Shown piece after piece: positions 20,546-29,382 of a DNA stretch of 64,000 bases; the stretch's first letter is position 1; each line of letters opens with the position of its first letter. The stretch comes from a virus. Position numbers and translations under genes: made by a program. The DNA lies in the IMG/VR virus record IMGVR_UViG_3300027917_000033, positions 23,843 through 87,842 of that record; one strand, 5' to 3'. The notes under the pieces were generated by a model. That model made no database searches. It was given only the letters and a program-made list of their open reading frames with translations, and was not told where the DNA came from.

Positions 20546-21034
20546 ATGAAACTAAAATCATTGTATGAATCTGAGTCTGATGAATCTCGCATAAAACGAC
20601 TTCGGGATTCTGTAACAATACCATCATCTAAAAATATTTATAATGACATGATCGGAGTGTCGGAAAGACTGGCGATAGTTGGGCAATATTTAAGTGATTG
20701 GGGCTTTCCAGTTGACCCAGTAAGTAAACCATCAACTGGTCATCCCCCATTCATACGGGTATGGAATAATGAACACAAAACCGGTGTCGTTGCAATATCT
20801 GTTAGAGCATTGGTATCGGGTTATAAAGTATTTGGGATTCCTACAATTGGCCCATCTGAAGTGTTTATAGAAAAACTTGGTAGCAATATGCGAAGAAAGT
20901 CAGCGAATCTGTGGGCCAAAAAAGTCGATTTGGCTAAACCTAATGCACTGCAAACAATAAAACAAATAGTCGAAGAAATGGTTTTTCTGCCAAACCAAAG
21001 ACGTGATCATTTAGTGGACCCAGATGAATCCTGA
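20546..21034 (+). CDS. hypothetical protein, MKLxxLYE leader
   Basis: MKLKSLYESE; C-terminal VDLAKPNAL motif. Confidence 0.7.
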   Translation: MKLKSLYESESDESRIKRLRDSVTIPSSKNIYNDMIGVSERLAIVGQYLSDWGFPVDPVSKPSTGHPPFIRVWNNEHKTGVVAISVRALVSGYKVFGIPTIGPSEVFIEKLGSNMRRKSANLWAKKVDLAKPNALQTIKQIVEEMVFLPNQRRDHLVDPDES

Positions 21035-21548
21035 AGAAATAGCCAAGTTGATCACGGAAGATCCCGACGTCTTCGAAGACTGGGATGAAGCTGATATAGG
21101 ATTGGTGGAAACGATGAATCCAGAGGATATAGCCAAGTTGATCACGGAAGATCCGGACACTCCGGACATTCTGGATCTCGTAAGTCAAAAATTATTCGAA
21201 TTAGGCTATAGCCACGAGAACAGGTGGGGCGGATTATTGATTCGCCCTGAGCAGCTGAACATCGAAGGCGTAGAAGACTGCGAAGGGCTTTATATCGAAG
21301 ATAAAGGCCAAGCCAACATTAACATGATCATGATAGACAAGAACGCGCCTGAGGCTTTCGGTCCTGGAGACTTCACGCCATGGTGGTCGGGGACCTTCCT
21401 GAAGAACATCTGGCGTCGACCAACAGGTTACTTTGACTATTGGTATCCATTGAATTTGGCTGATCCCGAAGAATATGAAGAATTTGAAGAAATTCTTAAA
21501 TGGTCGATGGAAGATTGGAGAGGCTATTGGAGACTGGGTCAACTGTGA
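21024..21548 (+). CDS. ITEDPD-tag protein (two tags)
   Basis: MNPEEIAKLITEDPD...MNPEDIAKLITEDPD. Confidence 0.8.
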   Translation: MNPEEIAKLITEDPDVFEDWDEADIGLVETMNPEDIAKLITEDPDTPDILDLVSQKLFELGYSHENRWGGLLIRPEQLNIEGVEDCEGLYIEDKGQANINMIMIDKNAPEAFGPGDFTPWWSGTFLKNIWRRPTGYFDYWYPLNLADPEEYEEFEEILKWSMEDWRGYWRLGQL

Positions 21549-22387
21549 ACCCTAAAGATATAGCCCGGATGATTACTGAAGACCCGGATATGACGGAAGA
21601 TATAGACGACCTGACAATATTGGGGTGGTTCAAAGAATATCTTGAAAATAGCCCGATTATTGCGAAGGCTTTTGAACACGGTCGCTTTGGCAAGTTCATC
21701 AGGTACGATTTTGAAAACTTTGGGCCTGTCCAGAGCAAACCGTGGGTGCGTCTCAATATAACGACATCTGCACACAGTGGCGCTGTAATTGTACACAATG
21801 GCAAACTTGAATTATTTAATTATTTCATGCCAAAAACGCGCATCGTAGACTTGGCTGATCCGAACGCATTTGAACGTGCTACAGAGATTATAGTAGAGCT
21901 ATTGTTCGCTGGTCCTGCTCGTCGGGCTTTCCAGACAGAGGAAATGAATCGCCCTGACCCAGAAAATACAATCAGGTTGGTCGAAGAAGACCCGAACGCT
22001 AAGTCTATAGAAGAAATAGCGAGTGAGGTGCGTTTAAAGGCAAGCCAACTAGGGATTGATCTTCCACCGACATCGGTCATGTGGACAGATAAAGACACTA
22101 GTCATTATGATTTTAAAGATATCTATATAAGCCAAAGGGATGCTGATGATGCATTTGCGATTGTGGCGCACGAATATGGACACGTTTTGTATGATATGCT
22201 GTCAAAAGAACAGCAAGACATGTGGTTTGAGTTGGTGAATAAAGAAGTCTTCAATGGCAAATTATATCCTGCCCATGGTGACGAAGTTTTTGCTAGAAGT
22301 TTCCAACACGTGATCGCAAATGAGTCAGAACCAGCTTATGAAGCTGCTAGAGATGCATTTTTTAAAATAATGTCATATGAATCCTAA
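21545..22387 (+). CDS. ITEDPD-tag protein with HExxH zincin-like domain
   Basis: GTG start overlapping the previous TGA; VNPKDIARMITEDPD; AHEYGH...DEVFA. Confidence 0.75.
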   Translation: MNPKDIARMITEDPDMTEDIDDLTILGWFKEYLENSPIIAKAFEHGRFGKFIRYDFENFGPVQSKPWVRLNITTSAHSGAVIVHNGKLELFNYFMPKTRIVDLADPNAFERATEIIVELLFAGPARRAFQTEEMNRPDPENTIRLVEEDPNAKSIEEIASEVRLKASQLGIDLPPTSVMWTDKDTSHYDFKDIYISQRDADDAFAIVAHEYGHVLYDMLSKEQQDMWFELVNKEVFNGKLYPAHGDEVFARSFQHVIANESEPAYEAARDAFFKIMSYES

Positions 22388-23111
22388 AGACATAGCTCGG
22401 CTGATCACTGAAGATCCTGATATCTTTAACGAAGACTGGGAAGAATTAGGCATCGAAGATCCATTTGCTATTGATGAAGACGAAATTAAAAAGAAATGGA
22501 CTGCGGCATTAATGGATGCGATGGGCCAAGAATGGGCGTCAATACTAAATGAGAATGATAAGGAGCAGATCCTTGCTGATCAAGATAAGTTCGTAGAGAT
22601 ATTAAAATATGCTAAGGAGGTGGCAGAGAAAAGATACCCGCAGTATACTGTAGACGAGTATTTGCGTAATGCCGCCATATCTGTGGTGGCTTTCCAGGTG
22701 AACATGAGAACGCCCAAGAAGGCTCCTCCAGAAACTCCGCCAGAGACGAAGTATACGGTTTTCCTCTCAGACCCAGAAATGATGCTGGAATTAACCACCA
22801 ACCCGCAAAACTGGAAGAATTACATAGCGATTATCAAAAGAGAGCTAGGAGACGGTCCTTATTATTGGCAGCAATTTGATTCTGATACTGGAATGTTATA
22901 CAATGGACTTTATGCTTACCCAGTGCCAGACGAGCACGTGCTGGAATATTATGACGTATGGTGGATGTATGTAAATATTATCGAAAAAATAACAGACCCT
23001 GAAGAGATTGCCAATACCATACCAGCAATGGGCGACTATAACCTAGGTGGCATCGTGGTATTCAAAAACATGAATGATTTGCTTACTAGGTGGGAGCCAC
23101 TTAGTTTATAA
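22377..23111 (+). CDS. ITEDPD-tag protein
   Basis: MNPKDIARLITEDPD. Confidence 0.8.
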   Translation: MNPKDIARLITEDPDIFNEDWEELGIEDPFAIDEDEIKKKWTAALMDAMGQEWASILNENDKEQILADQDKFVEILKYAKEVAEKRYPQYTVDEYLRNAAISVVAFQVNMRTPKKAPPETPPETKYTVFLSDPEMMLELTTNPQNWKNYIAIIKRELGDGPYYWQQFDSDTGMLYNGLYAYPVPDEHVLEYYDVWWMYVNIIEKITDPEEIANTIPAMGDYNLGGIVVFKNMNDLLTRWEPLSL

Positions 23112-23134
23112 AGGCCGGGTTATCTGGCCTTTTT
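23110..23134 (+). terminator. intrinsic terminator-like hairpin
   Basis: AAAGGCCGGG-TTA-TCTGGCCTTTTT. Confidence 0.55.
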
Positions 23135-23144
23135 ATGAGAGAAT

Positions 23145-23870
23145 ATGGAACCGATAGACATAGCTCGGCTGATTACGGAAGACCCGGATATTGCAGCCGA
23201 TTTCTTTCATGGATACAGATCGTATGGCGACAGAACCAATATGTTGAGGATTTTGGAAAATGGCATAGCCGTCCCAGATACTATGGAAACATATTGGAGT
23301 TGGGATCCTATTCTTTATTATTGGTATAACAAAGACGCAACGCCGGGATATAAGAAAGGGAGACTTGTTGGTAATATCGTAGAGGTAAGGTTCACAGAAA
23401 ATGATCCGAACGTGGGTGGTTTTGGGGATGGCCAGCCTCTATATGCGTATATGGTGGCTAGAGACAAAGAGTGGGTTGACAAACATCATATGGCTAAAGC
23501 GGAAAATCTACTAGACGAATTACCACCTGCAATGAAAAAATCATTCCTAGACCTGCAGCAGCAAATTACAGGAGATCCAAAATGGCGTGGTGATTGGATG
23601 TTTGCTGGCATTTTGCCTGACTACCACAAACAGGCAGCTGTTGATTGGTTTAGAGATGCAAGACGATACTTGTCGGCAGTTGGTACGGCATCTAGTCATG
23701 AATTTAATTATGTTGGCCCTATCATTTCGTTTGGTGACCCAAATAATACTTCAATAGTTGGTATTTACGAATTATACAAAGATACCGGAGAAATCTACAA
23801 GGCATATTATACTTGTGGATTGTCGAAAATCGGATCGGACCTTTTCGCGTCACACAGAAAAACAACATGA
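23145..23870 (+). CDS. ITEDPD-tag protein, possible ADP-ribosyltransferase fold
   Basis: MEPIDIARLITEDPD; FFHG...ILENGI...YWSWDP...HEF. Confidence 0.7.
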   Translation: MEPIDIARLITEDPDIAADFFHGYRSYGDRTNMLRILENGIAVPDTMETYWSWDPILYYWYNKDATPGYKKGRLVGNIVEVRFTENDPNVGGFGDGQPLYAYMVARDKEWVDKHHMAKAENLLDELPPAMKKSFLDLQQQITGDPKWRGDWMFAGILPDYHKQAAVDWFRDARRYLSAVGTASSHEFNYVGPIISFGDPNNTSIVGIYELYKDTGEIYKAYYTCGLSKIGSDLFASHRKTT

Positions 23871-23977
23871 AGAAGCCAATTGAAGTTAAGCCGCAGCCAA
23901 TTAGTTATGGCTGTGTAGGATTGGCTTTATTTGCACTGGCGGTTATCATCACAATTGTTATTGGGATTTATCTATGA
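23867..23977 (+). CDS. small single-pass membrane protein (36 aa, below ORF-track cutoff)
   Basis: MKKPIEVKPQPISYGCVGLALFALAVIITIVIGIYL; ATGA overlaps on both sides. Confidence 0.6.
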   Translation: MKKPIEVKPQPISYGCVGLALFALAVIITIVIGIYL

Positions 23978-24405
23978 ATACAAAAGACATAGCCATGTTA
24001 ATCACTGAGGATCCAGATGTGGCCGAATCGCTAAGAATACTCATTTTAGATGATGATCCACATCCTGATGACCCAGACAACTTTTCAAAAGCTGGCCAAT
24101 TCAGAATTAAGGCATTCAAGAAGAAGTTTATCGGGCATGTTGTTAAATGGGTTAGAACCGCTGAACAGGCTATAGATGAACTAGCAAACAACGACTGGGA
24201 TGTGTTGTTCCTGGATCACGATCTTGGTGGCGAAATATATGTAGATTCTGGGCCTGGTACAGGTTACGAAGTGGCCGTGTGGCTTGAGAAAAACCCAGAC
24301 AGACAGCCACCGCAGATATTCTTACACAGCCTAAATTCTGTTGGTAGGCAAAATATGCAAGCGGCCTTACCAAATGCAACGCAAACGCCGTTCGCGTGGA
24401 AATAG
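23974..24405 (+). CDS. ITEDPD-tag cyclic-phosphate-processing receiver-like domain protein
   Basis: ILDDD...LFLDHDLG...TGYEVAVWLE...LHSLNSVGRQNM. Confidence 0.75.
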   Translation: MNTKDIAMLITEDPDVAESLRILILDDDPHPDDPDNFSKAGQFRIKAFKKKFIGHVVKWVRTAEQAIDELANNDWDVLFLDHDLGGEIYVDSGPGTGYEVAVWLEKNPDRQPPQIFLHSLNSVGRQNMQAALPNATQTPFAWK

Positions 24406-24442
24406 AGGCAAAGATAATTTATGAATACATTGTGTGCGAAAC

Positions 24443-24850
24443 ATGAATGATATTAAGAAAATAGCAGGCCTGATCACTGAAGATCCTGATGTGATACAGG
24501 AAACCGGTTTATCAGATTTGTATGAACAAGAAGCAGAATTATTAAAAGCATTATGGGGATACCTTGAGGAAGAAGGGATCCAAATGGAGGCCGGGTCTCA
24601 TCTAACTCGTGGTGTGCCAAAAGGTATGACCAGGCATCCTGAAACTGGGCCGCAATTGTGGAGAAGATCTCCAAATGGTAGGATTGATATCTGGAAAACA
24701 CCAGGGCGACTGGCAAAGAGTGACCACGATTACACTGCATCTTACGATGCCGGGTGGTCATCTAAAGGGCGTTTATATTTTAGATTCAATGTATGTGACC
24801 CGGAATCGTTCCCAAAGGTTAGGGATTTCATTTTAAAGCATACAACATGA
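24443..24850 (+). CDS. ITEDPD-tag protein
   Basis: MNDIKKIAGLITEDPD...LSDLYEQE...FNVCDPESF. Confidence 0.75.
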   Translation: MNDIKKIAGLITEDPDVIQETGLSDLYEQEAELLKALWGYLEEEGIQMEAGSHLTRGVPKGMTRHPETGPQLWRRSPNGRIDIWKTPGRLAKSDHDYTASYDAGWSSKGRLYFRFNVCDPESFPKVRDFILKHTT

Positions 24851-25206
24851 AACCAGAAGACATAGCGAAAAGAATCACTGAAGATCCTGATGTGATACAG
24901 GGAATGCCAGATTTGGTTGTGCCATACACCCTGTTTGACGATGATGATTATGAAGTTGCGGTGTCTGTCGGTGGCGATTTAGACGATACAATGCTCCAGG
25001 ACATACTGTTTGCCAAAGAAAAACGTACTGGCAGACTATTGGATGGTGACGAATTTGCCAGTTTGAACGCTGCTGAGGGCATAGATTATATAGGACAACT
25101 TGAAGATCGGATTAACGAATATTATGCAGATGCTGGGATGATAGACGACGTCGATGCTTATAAACGCACTAAGGAAGACGAATTACTTGGAAGACACGGA
25201 TATTGA
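24847..25206 (+). CDS. ITEDPD-tag acidic protein
   Basis: MKPEDIAKRITEDPD. Confidence 0.75.
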   Translation: MKPEDIAKRITEDPDVIQGMPDLVVPYTLFDDDDYEVAVSVGGDLDDTMLQDILFAKEKRTGRLLDGDEFASLNAAEGIDYIGQLEDRINEYYADAGMIDDVDAYKRTKEDELLGRHGY

Positions 25207-25583
25207 AATTGCCGGTGTTATATGAAGAAATAGACAAGGCTAGTTATGATGTAGCAGAACTGCTCGTAAAATTTTTGCAAGATGTTAAACTTCCTGGCAA
25301 CCCTGAAATAGACAGCCACTCTCCCCCGTGGCGGGCTGGCCGATCGAGTGCTGCTGCTGTAATTACAGTTAGAGCACGTATTGCATGGCGTTTTCAATTT
25401 CAAGCACTTGCTAGAATAATTGTGTATGATGATGGAACGATTGACCTGGCAACTGGATTGTGTAAAAAGGGCGATATGGTACCAAGGATTGGCGCGAGTC
25501 ATTGGCAATATAATTATTATGACCCAAAATCATTTGGGAACATAGAGAGACGTCTTAAAGAGTTGTTCGGTAAATATTTTTAA
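25203..25583 (+). CDS. hypothetical protein, MKLxxLYE leader
   Basis: MKLPVLYEE; C-terminal YNYYDPKSF. Confidence 0.65.
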   Translation: MKLPVLYEEIDKASYDVAELLVKFLQDVKLPGNPEIDSHSPPWRAGRSSAAAVITVRARIAWRFQFQALARIIVYDDGTIDLATGLCKKGDMVPRIGASHWQYNYYDPKSFGNIERRLKELFGKYF

Positions 25584-25588
25584 TATAG

Positions 25589-25645
25589 CAGGGGCGAAGC
25601 TCACGAAGCTTCGCCCCCTGGTGTTGATCTCCGACGATCAACACC
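25589..25645 (+). terminator. tandem hairpins
   Basis: CAGGGGCGAAGCT...AGCTTCGCCCCTG then GTGTTGATC...GATCAACAC. Confidence 0.55.
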
Positions 25646-25673
25646 TTTAGCACCCCGTTTTAATTTTGATGTT

Positions 25674-25886
25674 ATGATATTATGGGTACTGATGGATCCG
25701 AAGAATATGTCTCCGGTACTTCCGGGCTCAACTTGGATATATCGCGGTCTGATGATCTTTGTTGTCGAAAGTTATGCAATAGATGACGAATGGATCATTA
25801 CTGCGGTAACTAGGGATGGAGATTCGATGGTTATTTCTACAAATATAGAGAAATGGCTTGAAGATGCCGATTATCTGGAGACATAA
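25674..25886 (+). CDS. hypothetical protein
   Basis: ORF. Confidence 0.5.
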   Translation: MILWVLMDPKNMSPVLPGSTWIYRGLMIFVVESYAIDDEWIITAVTRDGDSMVISTNIEKWLEDADYLET

Positions 25887-25887
25887 G

Positions 25888-26241
25888 ATGGTTGACTTTG
25901 TGCATCCGTTCCCAGGCAAGAAACCAGGTGACAAAATCACGAAGCAAGAGCTGATTAGTGCTCTTCGCCTGTCACTATGTGCTGAAGAAGAAGCAACTCA
26001 TCTTTACGACACAATAGCCGAATATACAGATGACGAAAGAGTCAAAAAAGTCATGAAGGATGTGGCCAATGAAGAACAGGTACACGTTGGCGAATTCCAA
26101 AAATTATTAGATCTCATGGAAGATGACGAAGAGGAGAAAGTAGGGGAGGGTAAGAAAGAAGCCGAAGAGAAAATAGAATCTATACAGAAACAGATAGCAG
26201 ATTTTATCACAGAGGACCCGGATTGGTCCGTTAGTAAATAA
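25888..26241 (+). CDS. Ferritin-like protein (encapsulin-associated Flp/rubrerythrin type) with C-terminal ITEDPD tag
   Basis: ALRLSLCAEEEATHLY...DVANEEQVHVGEF di-iron motif; ends IADFITEDPDWSVSK. Confidence 0.8.
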   Translation: MVDFVHPFPGKKPGDKITKQELISALRLSLCAEEEATHLYDTIAEYTDDERVKKVMKDVANEEQVHVGEFQKLLDLMEDDEEEKVGEGKKEAEEKIESIQKQIADFITEDPDWSVSK

Positions 26242-26245
26242 TTAT

Positions 26246-26842
26246 GTGGATCGTACGCTACATATAGTATGCGGCGGACATAACGCCGGTAAATCGGTCT
26301 TTTCAAGATACTTGCAGATAGGTAAGAAAAATATCTATAGGCTGTGTTTTGAAGAAGTTGCATATAGTATAGGTGTTGGCCCAAATCAAGACAAGATTTT
26401 CTATCAAATGCTTATGCTGTTTTTGAACAGTGGTGATGCAATTGTAGAGGGCATCAGATTCAACGACAGGGAAATGAGGGAAAGAGTGATAACAATAGCT
26501 GGTGCGATGTCGCCCAGAATTGTTGCATATGTGATGAAACGACCAGTAGAAGATTGTTACGATGAGTATTATTCCAATGATGAAGTAGAAATTAGCCACA
26601 CACTAGATTACCCTAAATTAGACGAGGGTGTCAATAGAGTTATTTCTGTGTCATGGGTAGACTCAACAGAGCCAGTAGTATACGGTGATGAAGTATTGAT
26701 GGTAAAACCAAAACTGACCACTGTTTATGAAATTGACGACAAAAGCCCAATTGTTGTTAAGCCAAAGAAGAATATAATCAAACGTAAATTGGAACGCAAT
26801 AAACGCAGTTATATTATTGAGAAGCCAAAAAAGAATGGTTGA
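26246..26842 (+). CDS. P-loop kinase (polynucleotide-kinase/AAA_33-like)
   Basis: VCGGHNAGKS Walker A; IVEG...RERV. Confidence 0.6.
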   Translation: MDRTLHIVCGGHNAGKSVFSRYLQIGKKNIYRLCFEEVAYSIGVGPNQDKIFYQMLMLFLNSGDAIVEGIRFNDREMRERVITIAGAMSPRIVAYVMKRPVEDCYDEYYSNDEVEISHTLDYPKLDEGVNRVISVSWVDSTEPVVYGDEVLMVKPKLTTVYEIDDKSPIVVKPKKNIIKRKLERNKRSYIIEKPKKNG

Positions 26843-28982
26843 AATTCCGTCACCACCAAGATTGCCTACATATGGTATGACAGATGGCGACCAGGTAATG
26901 GATGGTAATGGAAATATTTATGAATACAATGCTGAGAAAAACGAATGGATTTATCGAGGGCAGATAGAAGTCCCCGCACAGGTATCGTACGAAAATGATG
27001 GTGTGATATATCCGGAAGTATATCGAAGATTGGCTTTAATCCAGGAACTATTAGATCGTGGCATAGACTTTGGGCTATTTAAACTTGATACACCTGGCAG
27101 GATTCCATATTACTACTACTTTTATTCGTCTGACGATTTGATCAGGTTTTACCCACAATCGAACAGCAGGCTTGGTATTGAAATTGATCGCCCCAGGTTG
27201 TATCAGAAACTGCTGAGAAACTGCTGTGTCGGTCCTAAGGGTGAGACTGGAGCAAAAGGCACAACTGGTCGTGCTGGGATACCGGCAGCCGATGAAGAAT
27301 TTAAATCACCGACGACCGTTACGTCTGGTAGTTTCGAATTTTCTACGACAGTTAATACACCAATAGACACTGATATTTCTATTAGGTTGTTCAGGGGCAA
27401 CACGGTCCTTGTTGAATACCTGGTCTCAATTGCCAGTAGCTCTGACATCATCACTGCTGGAGGGGCTCAAAATTTAACAGATATTGAGAAGCAAGCGGCA
27501 GAATTAGAATTTGAAGCGAGAGGTAAAGTTGAAGAAGGCAAAATTGAAGACGCTATCGATAAGTATCAACAAATTGTTGGTTTGGGGGTTGGTGTAGAAC
27601 GCGTACAACTGATAATCGATTCTCTACAAGAGACGAACCAAGTGCCAGATGAGCAGATACCATTGACTATCATTATTTATGATGATGACATAAATGTAGA
27701 CATAACGAACACTGAAATTAATTTTGATCCTGACAATAACAGATTGTGGGGGATGCTATCGTTTACAGCTGGCGACGGTGATATCGCTAGCTGGCAGTAT
27801 AAGGCAAGACAGAGAGGACCAAAGGGGTCAGCTGGCAGTGATGGGTCGGCCTTTCTTGAAGTTACCTCTCAGACGATAGGCGATTCATCAGTCACTAGTG
27901 GTTCTGCGGTAGTGTCGGTCAGGAAATCTGATTTAACAAATAACATAGTATATCTATCAAGCGATTTACCAACGGATGTATGTGTTAGTAATCTGGCACT
28001 AAGTGCGAGCACTTTGCCAATCGGAGACATTCTGTCATCAAAATATGTTTCGGCCAAAGTGACTACTAGGCGTTGTAAAGACATTGGATCATATGAATAT
28101 AAGCAGCCTGAATACAGCACACCACCATTAGAACTACCTGCATGGGAGCCAACACCAGATTGTGTTTCGGCAGCTAGGTATAGTTCTTACAAATTTGAAT
28201 GGTGGGACTCGACAGATCCTAAGTATCCATTTAGGATAGTAACTCCGCCGAGGCCAAATGACCAATGTTGTCAAGAACCGTTCTTCTGGTGTCCAAATGT
28301 AGGAGATAACCCCTGTGGCGTCAACCATTGGAGGTGTGGTGGTCTTGAGAAACTTCCAAGTGGTGCTGCAAATGCGCAGGGCCTGTCCTGTGATGGGACT
28401 GCTATGGAGCCAATCATAAAAGCTCCACAACCACACCCACCTGATTGTGATTGCGACTGTGACAGCCCTATTGCTTTTGAATTGCAAGATGGTGGTTTGT
28501 TAATAGGGACTGTTATTCTGGGGCCAACTGGCGAAGACAGCCATTCGCTCGTCGAATATAGTGTAATAGATGGTAGAACTGACACCTACAAAATCAATTT
28601 TAAATCGTCTGGATCAATGCAGGCGACTATTAGTTTAGATTGGAAGCCGGAAATTTGTGGGGGTAAAGATAAAGAAGAAAAGAATTGTCAATTTATTGAA
28701 GAATGTGAAGTTCATACTACGGTGGTGTTTGAAGACAATAATCAGAATGCAGAAATAGATGGTGGAGGTGCTTCTGAAATCACGACTCTTCCTGGCTATG
28801 CTACATTTAATATTACACCATTGTCAGGGACTGAAGTCGATGTGAACATGAGCATCATGGTTAATGATACTAGATCGCAGTGCTGCAGAGGCTATTCGAT
28901 CAGGATTGGCGGTAGTTATACAGGAACGCCAGTTCAGAGTACTGGTGATGTTCAAATTGTTGATATGAACTGGACACCATGA
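26835..28982 (+). CDS. Cys-rich putative virion structural protein with short collagen-like repeats
   Basis: GPKGETGAKGTTGRAG, GPKGSAGSDG; many CC/CxC. Confidence 0.65.
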   Translation: MVEIPSPPRLPTYGMTDGDQVMDGNGNIYEYNAEKNEWIYRGQIEVPAQVSYENDGVIYPEVYRRLALIQELLDRGIDFGLFKLDTPGRIPYYYYFYSSDDLIRFYPQSNSRLGIEIDRPRLYQKLLRNCCVGPKGETGAKGTTGRAGIPAADEEFKSPTTVTSGSFEFSTTVNTPIDTDISIRLFRGNTVLVEYLVSIASSSDIITAGGAQNLTDIEKQAAELEFEARGKVEEGKIEDAIDKYQQIVGLGVGVERVQLIIDSLQETNQVPDEQIPLTIIIYDDDINVDITNTEINFDPDNNRLWGMLSFTAGDGDIASWQYKARQRGPKGSAGSDGSAFLEVTSQTIGDSSVTSGSAVVSVRKSDLTNNIVYLSSDLPTDVCVSNLALSASTLPIGDILSSKYVSAKVTTRRCKDIGSYEYKQPEYSTPPLELPAWEPTPDCVSAARYSSYKFEWWDSTDPKYPFRIVTPPRPNDQCCQEPFFWCPNVGDNPCGVNHWRCGGLEKLPSGAANAQGLSCDGTAMEPIIKAPQPHPPDCDCDCDSPIAFELQDGGLLIGTVILGPTGEDSHSLVEYSVIDGRTDTYKINFKSSGSMQATISLDWKPEICGGKDKEEKNCQFIEECEVHTTVVFEDNNQNAEIDGGGASEITTLPGYATFNITPLSGTEVDVNMSIMVNDTRSQCCRGYSIRIGGSYTGTPVQSTGDVQIVDMNWTP

Positions 28983-29335
28983 GACTGTGCGACCTACATG
29001 AAGCAGCCGATAAAATGGCTGCTATAAAGAGAAAAGTTAGAAAAAGAATAATGAAGGGCGATAGTAGGCTCAAGAAGTTATTAAAATCCACAAATTATAG
29101 TATTGACAATGTGATTTACGCAATCAAGAAGGGTGAATGTATGAGCAACCCGGCTTCCGATGCGAAAGCATTGGGACCAACTTATTTAGAGCAAACCATC
29201 TCTAATATCTTACGTGACATGCTTCAAGATAGAGAATTCCCAATCATGAAGCTAAACAGCATCAGGAAATACTTTGGGTTAGTTAGATTGAACCACAAGG
29301 AATTAAGACTTATATCCTATAAAACTTCTGTTTAA
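28979..29335 (+). CDS. hypothetical basic protein, MRLxxLHE leader
   Basis: MRLCDLHEAA. Confidence 0.6.
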   Translation: MRLCDLHEAADKMAAIKRKVRKRIMKGDSRLKKLLKSTNYSIDNVIYAIKKGECMSNPASDAKALGPTYLEQTISNILRDMLQDREFPIMKLNSIRKYFGLVRLNHKELRLISYKTSV

Positions 29336-29382
29336 TTCTCCCACCCTGTTACGTATCGGTATTTGACCTGTATATAAAGCGT

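Noticed and set aside
21024-24901. CRISPR array or DGR from the recurring ITEDPD DNA repeats
   Set aside because: Repeats are in-frame coding, degenerate at synonymous sites and irregularly spaced; no cas or reverse transcriptase gene seen
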